Of a stretch of DNA of 64,000 bases, positions 8,883-19,781 are shown piece after piece. The stretch is from Clostridia bacterium (GTDB lineage Bacteria > Bacillota > Clostridia > TANB77 > CAG-465). The stretch covers positions 142 to 64,141 of the forward strand of contig JAQUBQ010000001.1 of the NCBI GenBank assembly GCA_028686615.1, given 5' to 3'. How positions within the stretch are numbered: the stretch's first letter is position 1; each line of letters starts with the position of its first letter. The notes under the pieces are model-generated. The model was not told the DNA's origin. It was given only the letters and a program-made list of their open reading frames with translations, and made no database searches. Made by a program: the position numbers and the translations under genes.

Positions 8883-10553
8883 TTATCTACTAAAGCTTCC
8901 ATCTCCTATAAATTCTCTAAGTAATGAATTAATAGGTATTTCTTTTGTTTCAACTGGTAAGAAGTTGCTTAAAAACTCATAAAGTCTTCTTGCTTCAGAG
9001 AAATATTTACTTGTATTTTTAACTTGTAATAATAATGGTTCTGCAAATGTTCTTATAACTCCCATCTCATATATTAAACTACTATTAAATATGTAATCTG
9101 CACTATCTGTAAATGGATATATATTTTTCTCTTCTCCTTTACGTATTTTTTCCCACATTTCTAATGTTTCTTCAACTTTTACACTCCTTGTTGCATAATC
9201 TCTTACTATTCTTCTAAGCATTCTAGTATCAGTAGATGAAACCTTTGTATATGAATCCAAATTTAATGTTGTAATCGGTGCCATATATATTTTAAATTTG
9301 TATTTTGCTTCTACTTGTTTTGTCATTTCATCATTTAAAGCATGAATTCCTTCAACAAGCATTATATCTTTTTTCTCTAATTTTAATTTTTTATCAGAAT
9401 ATGATTTTGAACCTTTACCAAAATCATATCTTGGAATGTTTACAGACTCTCCACTTGTAAGTTTTTTCATATGATCATTAAACAATTCTATATCTAATGA
9501 ATTCACTGACTCATAATCATATTCCCCTGTCTCTTTATTGTAATTTTCTTTTCTTTCCCTATAGTAATTATCCATTGATATTATAATTGGATTGTATCCT
9601 ATTAGTTTTAAATTATCCCCTAGTTTTTGAGCAAAGGTTGTTTTACCTGAAGAAGATGGTCCTGCAATTAGTAGCATCTTTATTTCTTCTTTTTCTTCTA
9701 TTTTTTGTGTAAGCTTTAGTATTTGTTTTTCATGCAATATTTCACTTGTACGTATAATTGTTCCTATATCTTTATTTATAACTTTATCATTTAGCTGTCT
9801 TACAGATTCAACATTTATTTTTGTATTATATTCTTCAAATTCTTCATAAATATCATATAATTTATTTTTAGTAATTTCTTTTGGCATTACATTTATATTA
9901 TCCCTGTTTGGTGCTACAAGTACAAAACCTTTTCTATATGGTTTGATATCGAATCCTTTTATAAATCCTGTCCTTGGTGCTAGAACCCCACTCATATGAT
10001 TTGCAACTGTTTCACAGAAGAATAACGTTACGTATGATTTAAGCTCACTACCCATCATATTTATATAATCTTTGTTTTGCATAGTTTCGTATATAATTTT
10101 TGCTTCCTCAGATGGAACAGCTCTTCTTACAATTTGGCTATTTCTATCAATTATATTTTGCATTTCTTCTCTAATATTATTTGCCATCTCTTCTGTAAAT
10201 GCTTCTTTACATATAAAATAGCTATCATTATTCATATTATTACTGTACTCAACTTTGTATTTAGGATATAGCTTACAAAGAGCCATATATAATATGAATC
10301 TTAGTGTTCTATTATATATCCTGTATCCATCATTACTGTTATATGTTACATGTTCAAGCTTAGTATCAGTTACAATTTCATAATCTAGTGTTCTTACTTC
10401 ATTATTCACTCTTACTGCCATAATTTCTGATATTTTACTAGGGTATTCTGCTTGTTCTATAATTTCGTCTACCTTCGTTTTATAATTTACTACAAGTTCC
10501 CTAGAACCTTCTAATGTCACTTTTATTTTTTTTGCATATAGTTTGTCTAACAT
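8883..10553 (-). CDS. Uridine-kinase/phosphoribulokinase-family P-loop kinase fused to an N-terminal ThrRS/AlaRS-like TGS/SAD domain (putative nucleoside kinase)
   Basis: Walker A LLIAGPSSSGKTTFAQKLGD followed by ISMDNYYRE is uridine-kinase-like. The N-terminal roughly 280 aa begin with a TGS-like segment (KIKVTLEGSRELVV). Confidence 0.55.
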   Translation of the reverse strand: MLDKLYAKKIKVTLEGSRELVVNYKTKVDEIIEQAEYPSKISEIMAVRVNNEVRTLDYEIVTDTKLEHVTYNSNDGYRIYNRTLRFILYMALCKLYPKYKVEYSNNMNNDSYFICKEAFTEEMANNIREEMQNIIDRNSQIVRRAVPSEEAKIIYETMQNKDYINMMGSELKSYVTLFFCETVANHMSGVLAPRTGFIKGFDIKPYRKGFVLVAPNRDNINVMPKEITKNKLYDIYEEFEEYNTKINVESVRQLNDKVINKDIGTIIRTSEILHEKQILKLTQKIEEKEEIKMLLIAGPSSSGKTTFAQKLGDNLKLIGYNPIIISMDNYYRERKENYNKETGEYDYESVNSLDIELFNDHMKKLTSGESVNIPRYDFGKGSKSYSDKKLKLEKKDIMLVEGIHALNDEMTKQVEAKYKFKIYMAPITTLNLDSYTKVSSTDTRMLRRIVRDYATRSVKVEETLEMWEKIRKGEEKNIYPFTDSADYIFNSSLIYEMGVIRTFAEPLLLQVKNTSKYFSEARRLYEFLSNFLPVETKEIPINSLLREFIGDGSFSR

Positions 10554-10738
10554 CTCTAACCTCCAACGTTTCCTCTTATTTAGTTTCCATTAATAATTCT
10601 ACATTCATGATATATTATATTCTGTAAATTGTCAATTTACTATCTTTAATAAAAAATTGTTTTTAACTCGTATTTTTAAGTAATAAAAAAGGGTATTCGA
10701 GTTTTTCTAAACTAGCAAGATTCCCCTTTTCTTTATTT

Positions 10739-11941
10739 TTACTTTATATAAGCTACAATTCGAAGTCCCTTATTATCACCCGCAACATAAGGAAGACTGT
10801 AAAGTGAGCGAGAACTTACAGGAGCGATTGAACCTCTAGAAGCATAAGCTCCGCCAAAACCGACACGTCCATTCCAACTGTAAGCCTCCATAGTCCATTC
10901 ATACACATTTCCTGCCAAATCATATATGTTTTTCTTTTGATAAGTGGCTTCTGAACCTGTTACTTTAAGTCCACCTCCACCAAGATAGTTCCCATACTCA
11001 GAACTATCTTTTACATTTATTCCACTAGCTTTATACCATCTCATTACTGCATCCCATTGCACTCCATAAATCAAATGACTTACTACTCCTCTTGTGTTTT
11101 GACTATTATCTGGATATAAGCTTCTTGCTACCTTTACTGCTCCATTTGCATTATCATCTCCTGCAAACCAATCATATGCTGTATCATCTTGTGTCCCACC
11201 CCATGGAATATAGTTCCACACAGCTATCCCTTGTCTTATTCGTGGTTTCTTTGTTCCATCTGCATCATTTATTGTTGTTTCTGTTGGTGCCTGCATCCCT
11301 TCAGCTATTCCTGCTTCATATCTTCCTATATAAAATCCTTTATACTTCTCTACACTTGCATACATCTTTTCTACTTCTCTATCTTTTCCTGTTTCAGGAG
11401 TTATTTCGTATAAATCATTTTTCGGAGCTTGATCATTCCTAAAATCATATCTTATAAATTCATTAATATTTTCTACTGGTACCCATACAAATTGATTTCC
11501 TTTCAAGCCTTCTGCTATATTATGTGATGTTCCTTGTCCCTCATCCTCGATATTATCCGATATTATTAAACCTTCTTCTACTGTTCCCCCTACATGGTAA
11601 AAGCCTTCTGGAATTATTGATTTAATATCATATACTGTCCCTTTTTCTGTTACGTTATATTCACTTTTTTTAAATCCCGCTTCACTTAATCTGTTTTCAA
11701 TATATTTTATTAAAGTTATTTCTTCTTTTTCAGCATCTGACATAAGTTCATACTCTGCTCTTGCAAGTACAGCTACTTGTTTGGCGTTTGCCTTATCGCT
11801 TTTCATTTTTGCTTCTTCTGCCCTAGCTATAATTCCACTACTATTTAATGATAATATTATTGCCCCTGCTAAGATTATCATTACTATTATTGTAATGACA
11901 AGTACTATTAATGATATTCCTTTTCTTTTATTTGTTTTCAT
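10739..11941 (-). CDS. Pilin-like N-terminal segment fused to an FGE-sulfatase (SUMF1) fold domain protein, paralog 1
   Basis: N-terminus MKTNKRKGISLIVLVITIIVMIILAGAIILSL with a GGAGGG RBS. FGE-fold motifs FYIGRYEAG, IYDLAGNVYEWT, RGS and a terminal GLRIVAYIK are present. The catalytic Cys pair is absent. Confidence 0.7.
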   Translation of the reverse strand: MKTNKRKGISLIVLVITIIVMIILAGAIILSLNSSGIIARAEEAKMKSDKANAKQVAVLARAEYELMSDAEKEEITLIKYIENRLSEAGFKKSEYNVTEKGTVYDIKSIIPEGFYHVGGTVEEGLIISDNIEDEGQGTSHNIAEGLKGNQFVWVPVENINEFIRYDFRNDQAPKNDLYEITPETGKDREVEKMYASVEKYKGFYIGRYEAGIAEGMQAPTETTINDADGTKKPRIRQGIAVWNYIPWGGTQDDTAYDWFAGDDNANGAVKVARSLYPDNSQNTRGVVSHLIYGVQWDAVMRWYKASGINVKDSSEYGNYLGGGGLKVTGSEATYQKKNIYDLAGNVYEWTMEAYSWNGRVGFGGAYASRGSIAPVSSRSLYSLPYVAGDNKGLRIVAYIK

Positions 11942-12171
11942 ATGTTTTTCCCTCCTATAATTATCTTTAATATTATTATATATTATTATTGTTTTAAAAA
12001 ACTTACTATTGCCTATTTACATCTATTTGTAATACAAATTAAATACTAATAATACATAATTGTAATATAGGCATTATGCTTTTTATATGTTTTTTTATAA
12101 CCTTGACTTGGTCTTTACTTTTTCAAGTTTTTTATGTATAATGAACTCTGCTTTAAAGGAGTGAATATTTT

Positions 12172-13266
12172 ATGAAATTAGGAATAGTAGGTCTGCCCAA
12201 TGTAGGAAAAAGCACATTATTTAATGCTATAACAAAAGCAGGTGCAGAAAGTGCTAATTACCCATTTTGCACTATTGAACCAAATGTTGGTATTGTAACA
12301 GTTCCAGATAGTAGAGTTGATAAGCTTTCTACAATGCATGAAACTCTTAAAACACTTTATGCAACAATTGAATTTGTTGATATTGCTGGACTTGTAAAAG
12401 GAGCTTCTAAAGGTGAGGGCCTTGGTAATAAGTTTTTGTCACACATTCGTGAAGTAGATGCAATAGTTCATGTTGTAAGATGTTTTGAAGATGAAAACAT
12501 AGTTCATGTAGATGGAACAATAAATCCTATTAGTGATATTGAAACAATAAATCTTGAACTTATATTTGCTGATATTGAAACAATCATTAAACGTATTGAA
12601 AGGGTATCGAAACAGACTAAGTCTGGTGATAAAAAAGCAGTTGCAGAATTAAATTTATTACAAAAAGTTAAACTACAATTAGAAAACGGGATACCTGCTA
12701 GAAGTATTGATTTAACAGCTGAAGAAAATGATATATTAAAAGATTCTTTTTTACTTACTTCTAAAAAAATGCTTTATGTTGCAAATGTGAATGAGGAACA
12801 ACTTACTGATTTAGATAATGATAAAAATGTCAAAATTGTAAAAGATCTTGCAAGCAAAGAAAAAACTGTTTGTATTCCATTGTGTGCAAAACTTGAAGAA
12901 GATCTTTCAGAGCTCGATAATGATGATAGATTATTACTTATGAACGATTACGGACTAGCTACTTCAGGTCTTGATGAACTTGCTAAACAAAGCTATGCTA
13001 TCTTAAACCTTATCTCATACCTTACTGCTGGCAAACAAGAAGTAAGAGCTTGGACTATAACAAAAGGAACAAAGGCACCAGGTGCAGCTGGAAAAATCCA
13101 CACTGATTTTGAAAGAGGATTTATAAAAGCAGAAGTTATTAACTATGACGAATTAATGAATGTAGGGTCTATGAATGCTGCAAAAGAAAAAGGATTAATA
13201 CGTTTAGAAGGAAAAGAATATGAAGTTAAAGATGGTGATATAATTTTATTTAAATTTAATGTCTAA
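12172..13266 (+). CDS. ychF: Ribosome-binding ATPase YchF (Obg family)
   Basis: [22 protein letters not shown]1 motif, 364 aa, with a C-terminal TGS domain. A rho-independent terminator follows. Confidence 0.95.
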   Translation: MKLGIVGLPNVGKSTLFNAITKAGAESANYPFCTIEPNVGIVTVPDSRVDKLSTMHETLKTLYATIEFVDIAGLVKGASKGEGLGNKFLSHIREVDAIVHVVRCFEDENIVHVDGTINPISDIETINLELIFADIETIIKRIERVSKQTKSGDKKAVAELNLLQKVKLQLENGIPARSIDLTAEENDILKDSFLLTSKKMLYVANVNEEQLTDLDNDKNVKIVKDLASKEKTVCIPLCAKLEEDLSELDNDDRLLLMNDYGLATSGLDELAKQSYAILNLISYLTAGKQEVRAWTITKGTKAPGAAGKIHTDFERGFIKAEVINYDELMNVGSMNAAKEKGLIRLEGKEYEVKDGDIILFKFNV

Positions 13267-13324
13267 GAAGGATAAACTCCTTCTTCTTATATTTAATCCA
13301 AACAACTTAATAAATTAATAAAAT

Positions 13325-13358
13325 AAATCCTCGTTATACACGAGGATTTATACTTTTT
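13325..13358 (+). terminator. Rho-independent terminator after ychF
   Basis: Stem AAATCCTCG, loop TTATACA, stem CGAGGATTT, then ATACTTTTT. Confidence 0.7.
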
Positions 13359-13405
13359 AATCTTTATTTTGTTAAGCTAAAGTCATATATTAATTATAAT
13401 TGTTA

Positions 13406-14620
13406 TTATTTTATATATGCTATAATTCTAAATCCAATAGTGCCATGTTCAAGTGAAGGAGAATATGCATGACGAGCAGATACTGCACCATCAATACTAC
13501 TGCTTACACAACCTCCTCCGCGAACAGCACGAGTATAAATATCCTTCGTCTCCATTGTCCATTCTTCTATATTTCCTGCCAAATCATATATGTTCTTCTT
13601 TTGATAAGTTTCTTCTGATCCTGTTACTTTTAATCCTGGTCCTCCAGCATAATTTCCCATTCCTGTGCTATCTTGCACATTTATTCCACATTCTTTATAC
13701 CATCTCATTATTGCATCCCAATTTACTCCATATATTAATGTAGATACTACTCCTGTTGTATTTGTGCTATCATCTGGATACATGCTTCTTGCTGCTTTTA
13801 CTGCCCCATTTGAGTTATCATTTCCTGGTCCTCCTTCATATGATGATGTATTACTAAATGTTCCTCCCCACGCAATATAGTTCCATACATATAGCCCCCT
13901 TTTTATTCTCGGAATGTTTTGTCCATTTGCCAAGGATGTTGTTGAAGCTGTTGGCTTTGTCATTCCATCTGCTATTCCTGCTTCATATCTTCCTACATAA
14001 AACCCATTATGCTTTTTTATACTTGCATACATTTTGTCTATTTCTTTTGTTCTACCTTTTACTGATCCAATTTCAAAGTATTTACCTGTTCCTCTTGATG
14101 TTGCTGTAAATTGTGCTATTATTAAATGAAAATCATATCTTACAAATTCACTAAATTTTTCTACTGGTACCCATACAAACTGATTTCCCTGTAATGTTGT
14201 TAAATGAGATGTTCCTTTCCCCTCATCATATATGTTATCTGATATTACTAACCCTTCATCAACTGTACCTCCAACATGGTAAAAACCTTTTGGAATTACA
14301 GGTATTGTATATACCTTTCCTGTTTCAGTTATTTCATATTTACCTTCTTTTATTCCAACTTCTTTTAATTTGTCCTCTGCATGTTTCTTAAATGTTTTAC
14401 CTTCCTTCTCTTCATCTGATAATAAATTATATTCTGCTCTTGCTAATGTTACGACTTGTTGTACATTTGCTTTATTAACATTTTTTACTGCTGTATTTGC
14501 ATTTTCTATAACATTGCTACTGCTTAATGATAATATTATTGTTCCTGCTAGTATTATCATTACTATTATTGTGATGACAAGTACTATTAAGCTTATTCCT
14601 TGTTTGCCTTTTGCTTCCAT
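13406..14620 (-). CDS. Pilin-like N-terminal segment fused to an FGE-sulfatase fold domain protein, paralog 2
   Basis: N-terminus MEAKGKQGISLIVLVITIIVMIILAGTIILSL. Motifs FYVGRYEAG, IYDLAGNIEEWT, RGGGC and a terminal GFRIIAYIK are present. It is similar along its whole length to paralogs 1 and 3. Confidence 0.7.
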   Translation of the reverse strand: MEAKGKQGISLIVLVITIIVMIILAGTIILSLSSSNVIENANTAVKNVNKANVQQVVTLARAEYNLLSDEEKEGKTFKKHAEDKLKEVGIKEGKYEITETGKVYTIPVIPKGFYHVGGTVDEGLVISDNIYDEGKGTSHLTTLQGNQFVWVPVEKFSEFVRYDFHLIIAQFTATSRGTGKYFEIGSVKGRTKEIDKMYASIKKHNGFYVGRYEAGIADGMTKPTASTTSLANGQNIPRIKRGLYVWNYIAWGGTFSNTSSYEGGPGNDNSNGAVKAARSMYPDDSTNTTGVVSTLIYGVNWDAIMRWYKECGINVQDSTGMGNYAGGPGLKVTGSEETYQKKNIYDLAGNIEEWTMETKDIYTRAVRGGGCVSSSIDGAVSARHAYSPSLEHGTIGFRIIAYIK

Positions 14621-14712
14621 TTTTTCATCCCCTTTTATTTATATATTATTTCATTTTTAAAGATTTTTCAAGCTTTTATAACATATAACCTTTGAAATTA
14701 TACATATGTTTA

Positions 14713-15645
14713 TTATATTATTTCCTTCATATCTTCTGGTACTTTAGCTTCTAAACTTAGTATATTTCCATTTGGTAGTTGTAATTTAATTTTGTTTGCA
14801 TGCAACATTTGTCTTCTTGCTGTTATACTTTCTTTTGTTATTTCTCCTCTTTCTATACACTCATTTATATACAAGTCATCTCCAACAATTGGATGTCCTA
14901 CACTTGAAAAATGTACTCTTATCTGATGAGTTCTTCCTGTATGAAGTATTACTTTTATAACTGTGTAATTATTTTCTTCATTATATTTAATTTTTTCATA
15001 CTCCGTTTTAGCACATTCTCCTTCTTCATTTTCTGTTGTTTCCCTTAATATAATACTATTTTCTTTTCTTTTGATTCTTTTTTCAATAATACCTTTTTCA
15101 GCTTTTAAATTACCATGAACAATTGCTATGTACTCTTTGTGTACCCTATTTTCTTTCATTTCTTTTGCTAAGTATTCTTGAATATATTTATGTTTTGCTA
15201 TAACTACTATTCCTGTTGTGTTTTTATCAAGTCTATTTGTTATATGAATGGGTCTTTTATCTTCTTTTTTTATATAATAACTCATTAATGCTTGGTAAAG
15301 TGTCTTTTTGGTATGGTTACTGCTTGGATGGCAAGGAATACCTGCTTCTTTATTTATACAAAGAAGCATATCATCTTCATATATGATTTCTATTTTAGAA
15401 TCCCATGGTTTAAATTTAGTATAAGCCTTTTCTACAGTCTCCTTAAAAGTCATATCTAAATATATATCTATTTTATCATTTTGTTTAACTCTATGTATAA
15501 GATAATAATCCTTATTATTTACTTTTATCGCCTTGCTATTAATTAATTCTTTTCTTAATATACTAGAAAAATTATATTTGTTCTTTATTACTTCTTTTAA
15601 TAATTTTCCATCTTCTTCTTTTTTAACAATATATTTTAATTTCAT
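14713..15645 (-). CDS. RluA-family 23S rRNA pseudouridine synthase
   Basis: HRLDKNTTGIVVIAKH catalytic aspartate motif, N-terminal S4-like region, 310 aa. Confidence 0.85.
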   Translation of the reverse strand: MKLKYIVKKEEDGKLLKEVIKNKYNFSSILRKELINSKAIKVNNKDYYLIHRVKQNDKIDIYLDMTFKETVEKAYTKFKPWDSKIEIIYEDDMLLCINKEAGIPCHPSSNHTKKTLYQALMSYYIKKEDKRPIHITNRLDKNTTGIVVIAKHKYIQEYLAKEMKENRVHKEYIAIVHGNLKAEKGIIEKRIKRKENSIILRETTENEEGECAKTEYEKIKYNEENNYTVIKVILHTGRTHQIRVHFSSVGHPIVGDDLYINECIERGEITKESITARRQMLHANKIKLQLPNGNILSLEAKVPEDMKEII

Positions 15646-15775
15646 TTACGCTGCCTTTCATTTTTTCATCATTATATACTATTTTTTCTTTTTATTCTAT
15701 TTTTAATAATAGTTTGTAATATTTTTTAAGATTTAAGCTATACATGTATTAAAGAAAAGTTACGGGAGGTAATAT

Positions 15776-17257
15776 ATGAATAGTTTAGATATATATAAAG
15801 ATATATCAAGTAGAACAAGCGGTGATATATATATTGGTGTGGTTGGACCTGTAAGAACAGGAAAATCTACATTTATAAAGAATTTTATGGAGATGTTTAT
15901 TATTCCAAATATAGACAGTCCATACAAGCAAGACAGGGCTAAAGATGAATTGCCCCAAAGTGCTGCTGGTAGAACCGTTATGACTACTGAACCCAAGTTT
16001 GTTCCAAATGAATCTGTAGAAATATCTTTAGATAACAATGTTAAGATGAGAACTCGATTAGTTGATTGTGTAGGTTATATGATAAATGACGCAATAGGTC
16101 ATATGGAAGGAGATCTTCCTAGAATGGTAAAAACTCCTTGGAGTGATGATGAAATTCCATTTATTCAAGCCGCAGAAACTGGTACTAGGAAAGTAATAAC
16201 AGATCATTCAACTATAGGTCTAGTTGTTACAACTGATGGAAGTATTACTGATATAGAACGTGGTAATTATGTAGAATCTGAAGAAAGAGTTGTAAGAGAA
16301 TTGAAATCTTTAAACAAACCTTTTGTTGTATTGCTCAACTCAAGAAATCCTGAAGATCCTGAAACTCTAGAACTTCGTAGTTCATTAGAAAAAAAATATA
16401 ATGCTCCTGTTATAACTTCTGATATACTTAACTTAAAAGAGAATGATATTGCAAATATCTTTAGCAGGGTCCTTGAAGAATTCCCAGTATCTGAAATAGG
16501 CTTTAAGCTTCCTGCATGGTTTAATGTTTTAGATATTGATCACCCTTTAAAACAAGACTTAATTTCAATTGTAAAAGATAACTTTTATGAGGATACTTCC
16601 ATAAGGGAAATAAACAACATTGTAGAAAACTTAAAAACAACTACAAACCTTTTTGATAGTATAACTATTGATAGTGCTAATATGCAAGATGGAAATGTTA
16701 AGATAATCATGAACATTAAAAATACATTTTTCTTTAAAGTATTAAGTGAAAAGTCTAAGATTCCTATTGAATCTGAAAAAGACATATTTAAAGTTATAGA
16801 TGATTATTCCTCTATAAAACAAAAGTATGATAAAATTGCAATGGCCTTAGAAGAAGTAAATATAAAAGGATATGGAATTGTAACACCTCAAATAGAAGAA
16901 CTTACTCTAGAAGAACCTGAGATTGTAAAGCAAGGCTCTAAATATGGTGTTAAACTTAAAGCTAGTGCTCCATCTATTCATATGATTAAAGCAGATATTG
17001 AAACGGAAGTTTCCCCTATTGTGGGCTCTGAAAAGCAGTCTGAAGATTTGGTAAAATATCTACTTTCTGAATTTGAAAACGATCCTAAAAAGATTTGGGA
17101 ATCTAACATTTTTGGGAAATCTCTTCATGAACTTGTAAATGAAGGATTACACAACAAGTTATACCGTATGCCTGACGAAGCTCAAATGAAAATACAAGAA
17201 ACATTACAAAGAATTATAAATGAAGGTTCTGGCGGGTTAATCTGCATAATATTATAA
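15776..17257 (+). CDS. spoIVA: Stage IV sporulation protein A (spore coat morphogenetic ATPase)
   Basis: MNSLDIYKDISSRTSGDIYIGVVGPVRTGKSTFIKNFME is near-identical to the SpoIVA N-terminal Walker A region. 493 aa. Confidence 0.95.
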   Translation: MNSLDIYKDISSRTSGDIYIGVVGPVRTGKSTFIKNFMEMFIIPNIDSPYKQDRAKDELPQSAAGRTVMTTEPKFVPNESVEISLDNNVKMRTRLVDCVGYMINDAIGHMEGDLPRMVKTPWSDDEIPFIQAAETGTRKVITDHSTIGLVVTTDGSITDIERGNYVESEERVVRELKSLNKPFVVLLNSRNPEDPETLELRSSLEKKYNAPVITSDILNLKENDIANIFSRVLEEFPVSEIGFKLPAWFNVLDIDHPLKQDLISIVKDNFYEDTSIREINNIVENLKTTTNLFDSITIDSANMQDGNVKIIMNIKNTFFFKVLSEKSKIPIESEKDIFKVIDDYSSIKQKYDKIAMALEEVNIKGYGIVTPQIEELTLEEPEIVKQGSKYGVKLKASAPSIHMIKADIETEVSPIVGSEKQSEDLVKYLLSEFENDPKKIWESNIFGKSLHELVNEGLHNKLYRMPDEAQMKIQETLQRIINEGSGGLICIIL

Positions 17258-17262
17258 TAATT

Positions 17263-17308
17263 AAAAAAGAAGAAATGTAGCATAAAATTACTACATTTCT
17301 TCTTTTTT
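17263..17308. terminator. Bidirectional rho-independent terminator between spoIVA (+) and FGE paralog 3 (-)
   Basis: Perfect 18-bp inverted repeat AAAAAAGAAGAAATGTAG / CTACATTTCTTCTTTTTT with a 10-nt loop. Confidence 0.8.
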
Positions 17309-17323
17309 AATTACTTTACCTTT

Positions 17324-18514
17324 TTATTTTATATATGCCACAATACGGAAACCTATTCCTTTATTTTCATTTGCATTAGCACCTCCATAGCGACGAATAC
17401 TTATTGGTATTTCAGAACCCCTGTAATAAAAATCTCCTCCTCGCCAAACGCGGTTACTATTATTGTATGCTTCCATTGTCAATTCCTGCACATTTCCCGC
17501 TAAATCATATATGTTTTTCTTTTGATAATTTGGCTTTAATCCTGTTTTTTCTAAATATCCTGTGAAATGGTTTCCATATGTTGAACTATCTTTCACATTT
17601 ATTCCACTATTTTTATACCATCTCATTATTGCATCCCATTGCACTCCATATATTAAATGACTAACTACTCCTTTTTTATTTTCAGCATTATCTGGATACA
17701 TACTTCTAGCTACTTTTACTGCTCCATTCTCATTATCATTTCCTAGATACCAATCATATAATGAAGATCCACTTCCTCCCCATCTAATATAATTCCATAC
17801 ATATATGTTTTGTTTGATTTGTGGACGCTTAGTTCCATCTGCTAATTCTACCGTTGAACTTGTTGGTTCTCCCATTCCTTCTGCTACTCCTGCTTCATAC
17901 CTTCCTACGTAAAATCCTTTATACTCGTTTACACTTGCATACATCTTTTCTACTTCCCTGTTTTTTCCAACTTCAGGTATTATTTCGTTATATATTGAAT
18001 CTATTGTTGTATCATTATTAAAATCATATCTTATAAATTCACTAAAATTTTCTACAGGTACCCATACAAATTGATTGCCTTGTAATACCGTTTCATGTAA
18101 TGTTCCTTGTCCTTCATCCTCTATATTATCCGATATTACTAAACCTTCTTCTACTGTTCCCCCTACATGGTAAAAGCCTTCTGGGATTATTGATTTAATA
18201 TTATATACTGTCCCTTTTTCTGTTACATTATATTCACTTTCTTTAAATCCTGCTTCCTTTAGCTTATCTTCAACATGTTTTCTTAAAGTTACTCCTTCTT
18301 TTTCAACATCTGACATGAGTTCATATTCTGCATTTGCTAACATTGTTACTTGTTTTGCATTTGATATGTTACTCTTTGTTGTTGCTTCATTTGTTTTGTC
18401 TACAATATTACTACTATTTAATGATAATATTATTGCTCCTGCTAGTATTATCATTACTATTATTGTAATGACTAGTACTATTAAAGATATCCCTTTTCTT
18501 TTATTTGTTATCAT
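17324..18514 (-). CDS. Pilin-like N-terminal segment fused to an FGE-sulfatase fold domain protein, paralog 3
   Basis: N-terminus MITNKRKGISLIVLVITIIVMIILAGAIILSL. Motifs FYVGRYEAG, IYDLAGNVQELT, RGGDFYYRGS and a terminal GFRIVAYIK are present. Confidence 0.7.
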   Translation of the reverse strand: MITNKRKGISLIVLVITIIVMIILAGAIILSLNSSNIVDKTNEATTKSNISNAKQVTMLANAEYELMSDVEKEGVTLRKHVEDKLKEAGFKESEYNVTEKGTVYNIKSIIPEGFYHVGGTVEEGLVISDNIEDEGQGTLHETVLQGNQFVWVPVENFSEFIRYDFNNDTTIDSIYNEIIPEVGKNREVEKMYASVNEYKGFYVGRYEAGVAEGMGEPTSSTVELADGTKRPQIKQNIYVWNYIRWGGSGSSLYDWYLGNDNENGAVKVARSMYPDNAENKKGVVSHLIYGVQWDAIMRWYKNSGINVKDSSTYGNHFTGYLEKTGLKPNYQKKNIYDLAGNVQELTMEAYNNSNRVWRGGDFYYRGSEIPISIRRYGGANANENKGIGFRIVAYIK

Positions 18515-18557
18515 ATGTTTTTCCCCCTTTTATTTCTTTACTTTCTCCTATTATCTT

Positions 18558-19781
18558 TTATTTTTGAAGTTTGTTATAAATATAATTTGTATCACCTAAC
18601 ATTTTTTTCATACTGTTATATTCTGCTGTAGAATATGTTGTTATTCCTTTTTCATATTCATATATTTCTTTTTCTAATGGTAATACCCTAAATCTACTTT
18701 TACCATTTACCCTCTTTAACTCTGTGTATATTGGAGTCACTTTATTATCTGCTATCTTTTTCTCGTCTCCTTTTTTAGAAACCGTAACTGTAGCTATCCC
18801 TCCCAATTTTGTATAATAATCTACTTGGTTCGATACAAAATTCCCAAGGGAATATACAACATATGCTTGTTTTTTCAAGCCATTTTCAAGTTCAACTTCT
18901 TTAATTTCATATGGTTGAGGTACATGTGGGTGTGAACCAAAAACAATATCTACTCCATTGTTTACTAAAAAATCAACCAATTCTTCTTGTGTTTTATTTT
19001 GAGTTGTTTGATATTCTTGTCCAAAATGCATAGAAAAGATTATAAAGTCTGTTTTTTGTTCTTTCATATAATTAATATCTTCTAGCATTGCATCTTTATC
19101 AATTATATTTACACAGTAAGGTGCCGATTTTGGAATAGGTATTCCATTTGTCCCATATGTATATGATGCTATTCCAACTTTAATATTGTTTTTCTCTATT
19201 ATCAATGGTTTCGTATCGTCTGTAAGATATGTTCCCACAACTTTAAGTTCTTTTGATTCTGCATTTTTTATTGTTTCTTGCAATCCCTTTAATCCTTTAT
19301 CAAGTGCATGATTGTTTGCAGTAGAAACTACTTCTACTCCCATATTTTTAACACCATCTAAAAGCTCAACTGGGCTATTAAAATTAGGGTAATTTGATGG
19401 AGGAAACATATTTCCTGCAACAGGAACTTCAAGATTAATCATTGATAAATCTGATTCTTCAAAAACATATTTTATTTTTTCAAATACTGGATCAAAATTA
19501 TATGTGCCATCATTACTTTTTACTGATTTAAAAACAGTATCATGTATCAGTAGATCTCCTCCAGCACTAATTTTAAGAGTATATTCTTCTGCTTCCTTTG
19601 GTTTTAATTCTTCCTTATCATTTTCTTTTGATGTCTCATTATATGGCGTTACCTTCTTATTCTCTTTACTACTAAAATATTTGTATCCATATACAGTGGT
19701 TGTTAACAAGGCTATGATAAATATAACTGATAGTATAAGTTTAGAATAATTTACTTTATACCTTTTTACCTTTCTCCTCAT
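18558..19781 (-). CDS. CapA-family (poly-gamma-glutamate capsule biosynthesis-like) metallophosphoesterase-fold protein, membrane anchored
   Basis: TANNHALDKG and GSHPHVPQPYE motifs, with an N-terminal TM segment. 407 aa. Confidence 0.7.
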   Translation of the reverse strand: MRRKVKRYKVNYSKLILSVIFIIALLTTTVYGYKYFSSKENKKVTPYNETSKENDKEELKPKEAEEYTLKISAGGDLLIHDTVFKSVKSNDGTYNFDPVFEKIKYVFEESDLSMINLEVPVAGNMFPPSNYPNFNSPVELLDGVKNMGVEVVSTANNHALDKGLKGLQETIKNAESKELKVVGTYLTDDTKPLIIEKNNIKVGIASYTYGTNGIPIPKSAPYCVNIIDKDAMLEDINYMKEQKTDFIIFSMHFGQEYQTTQNKTQEELVDFLVNNGVDIVFGSHPHVPQPYEIKEVELENGLKKQAYVVYSLGNFVSNQVDYYTKLGGIATVTVSKKGDEKKIADNKVTPIYTELKRVNGKSRFRVLPLEKEIYEYEKGITTYSTAEYNSMKKMLGDTNYIYNKLQK

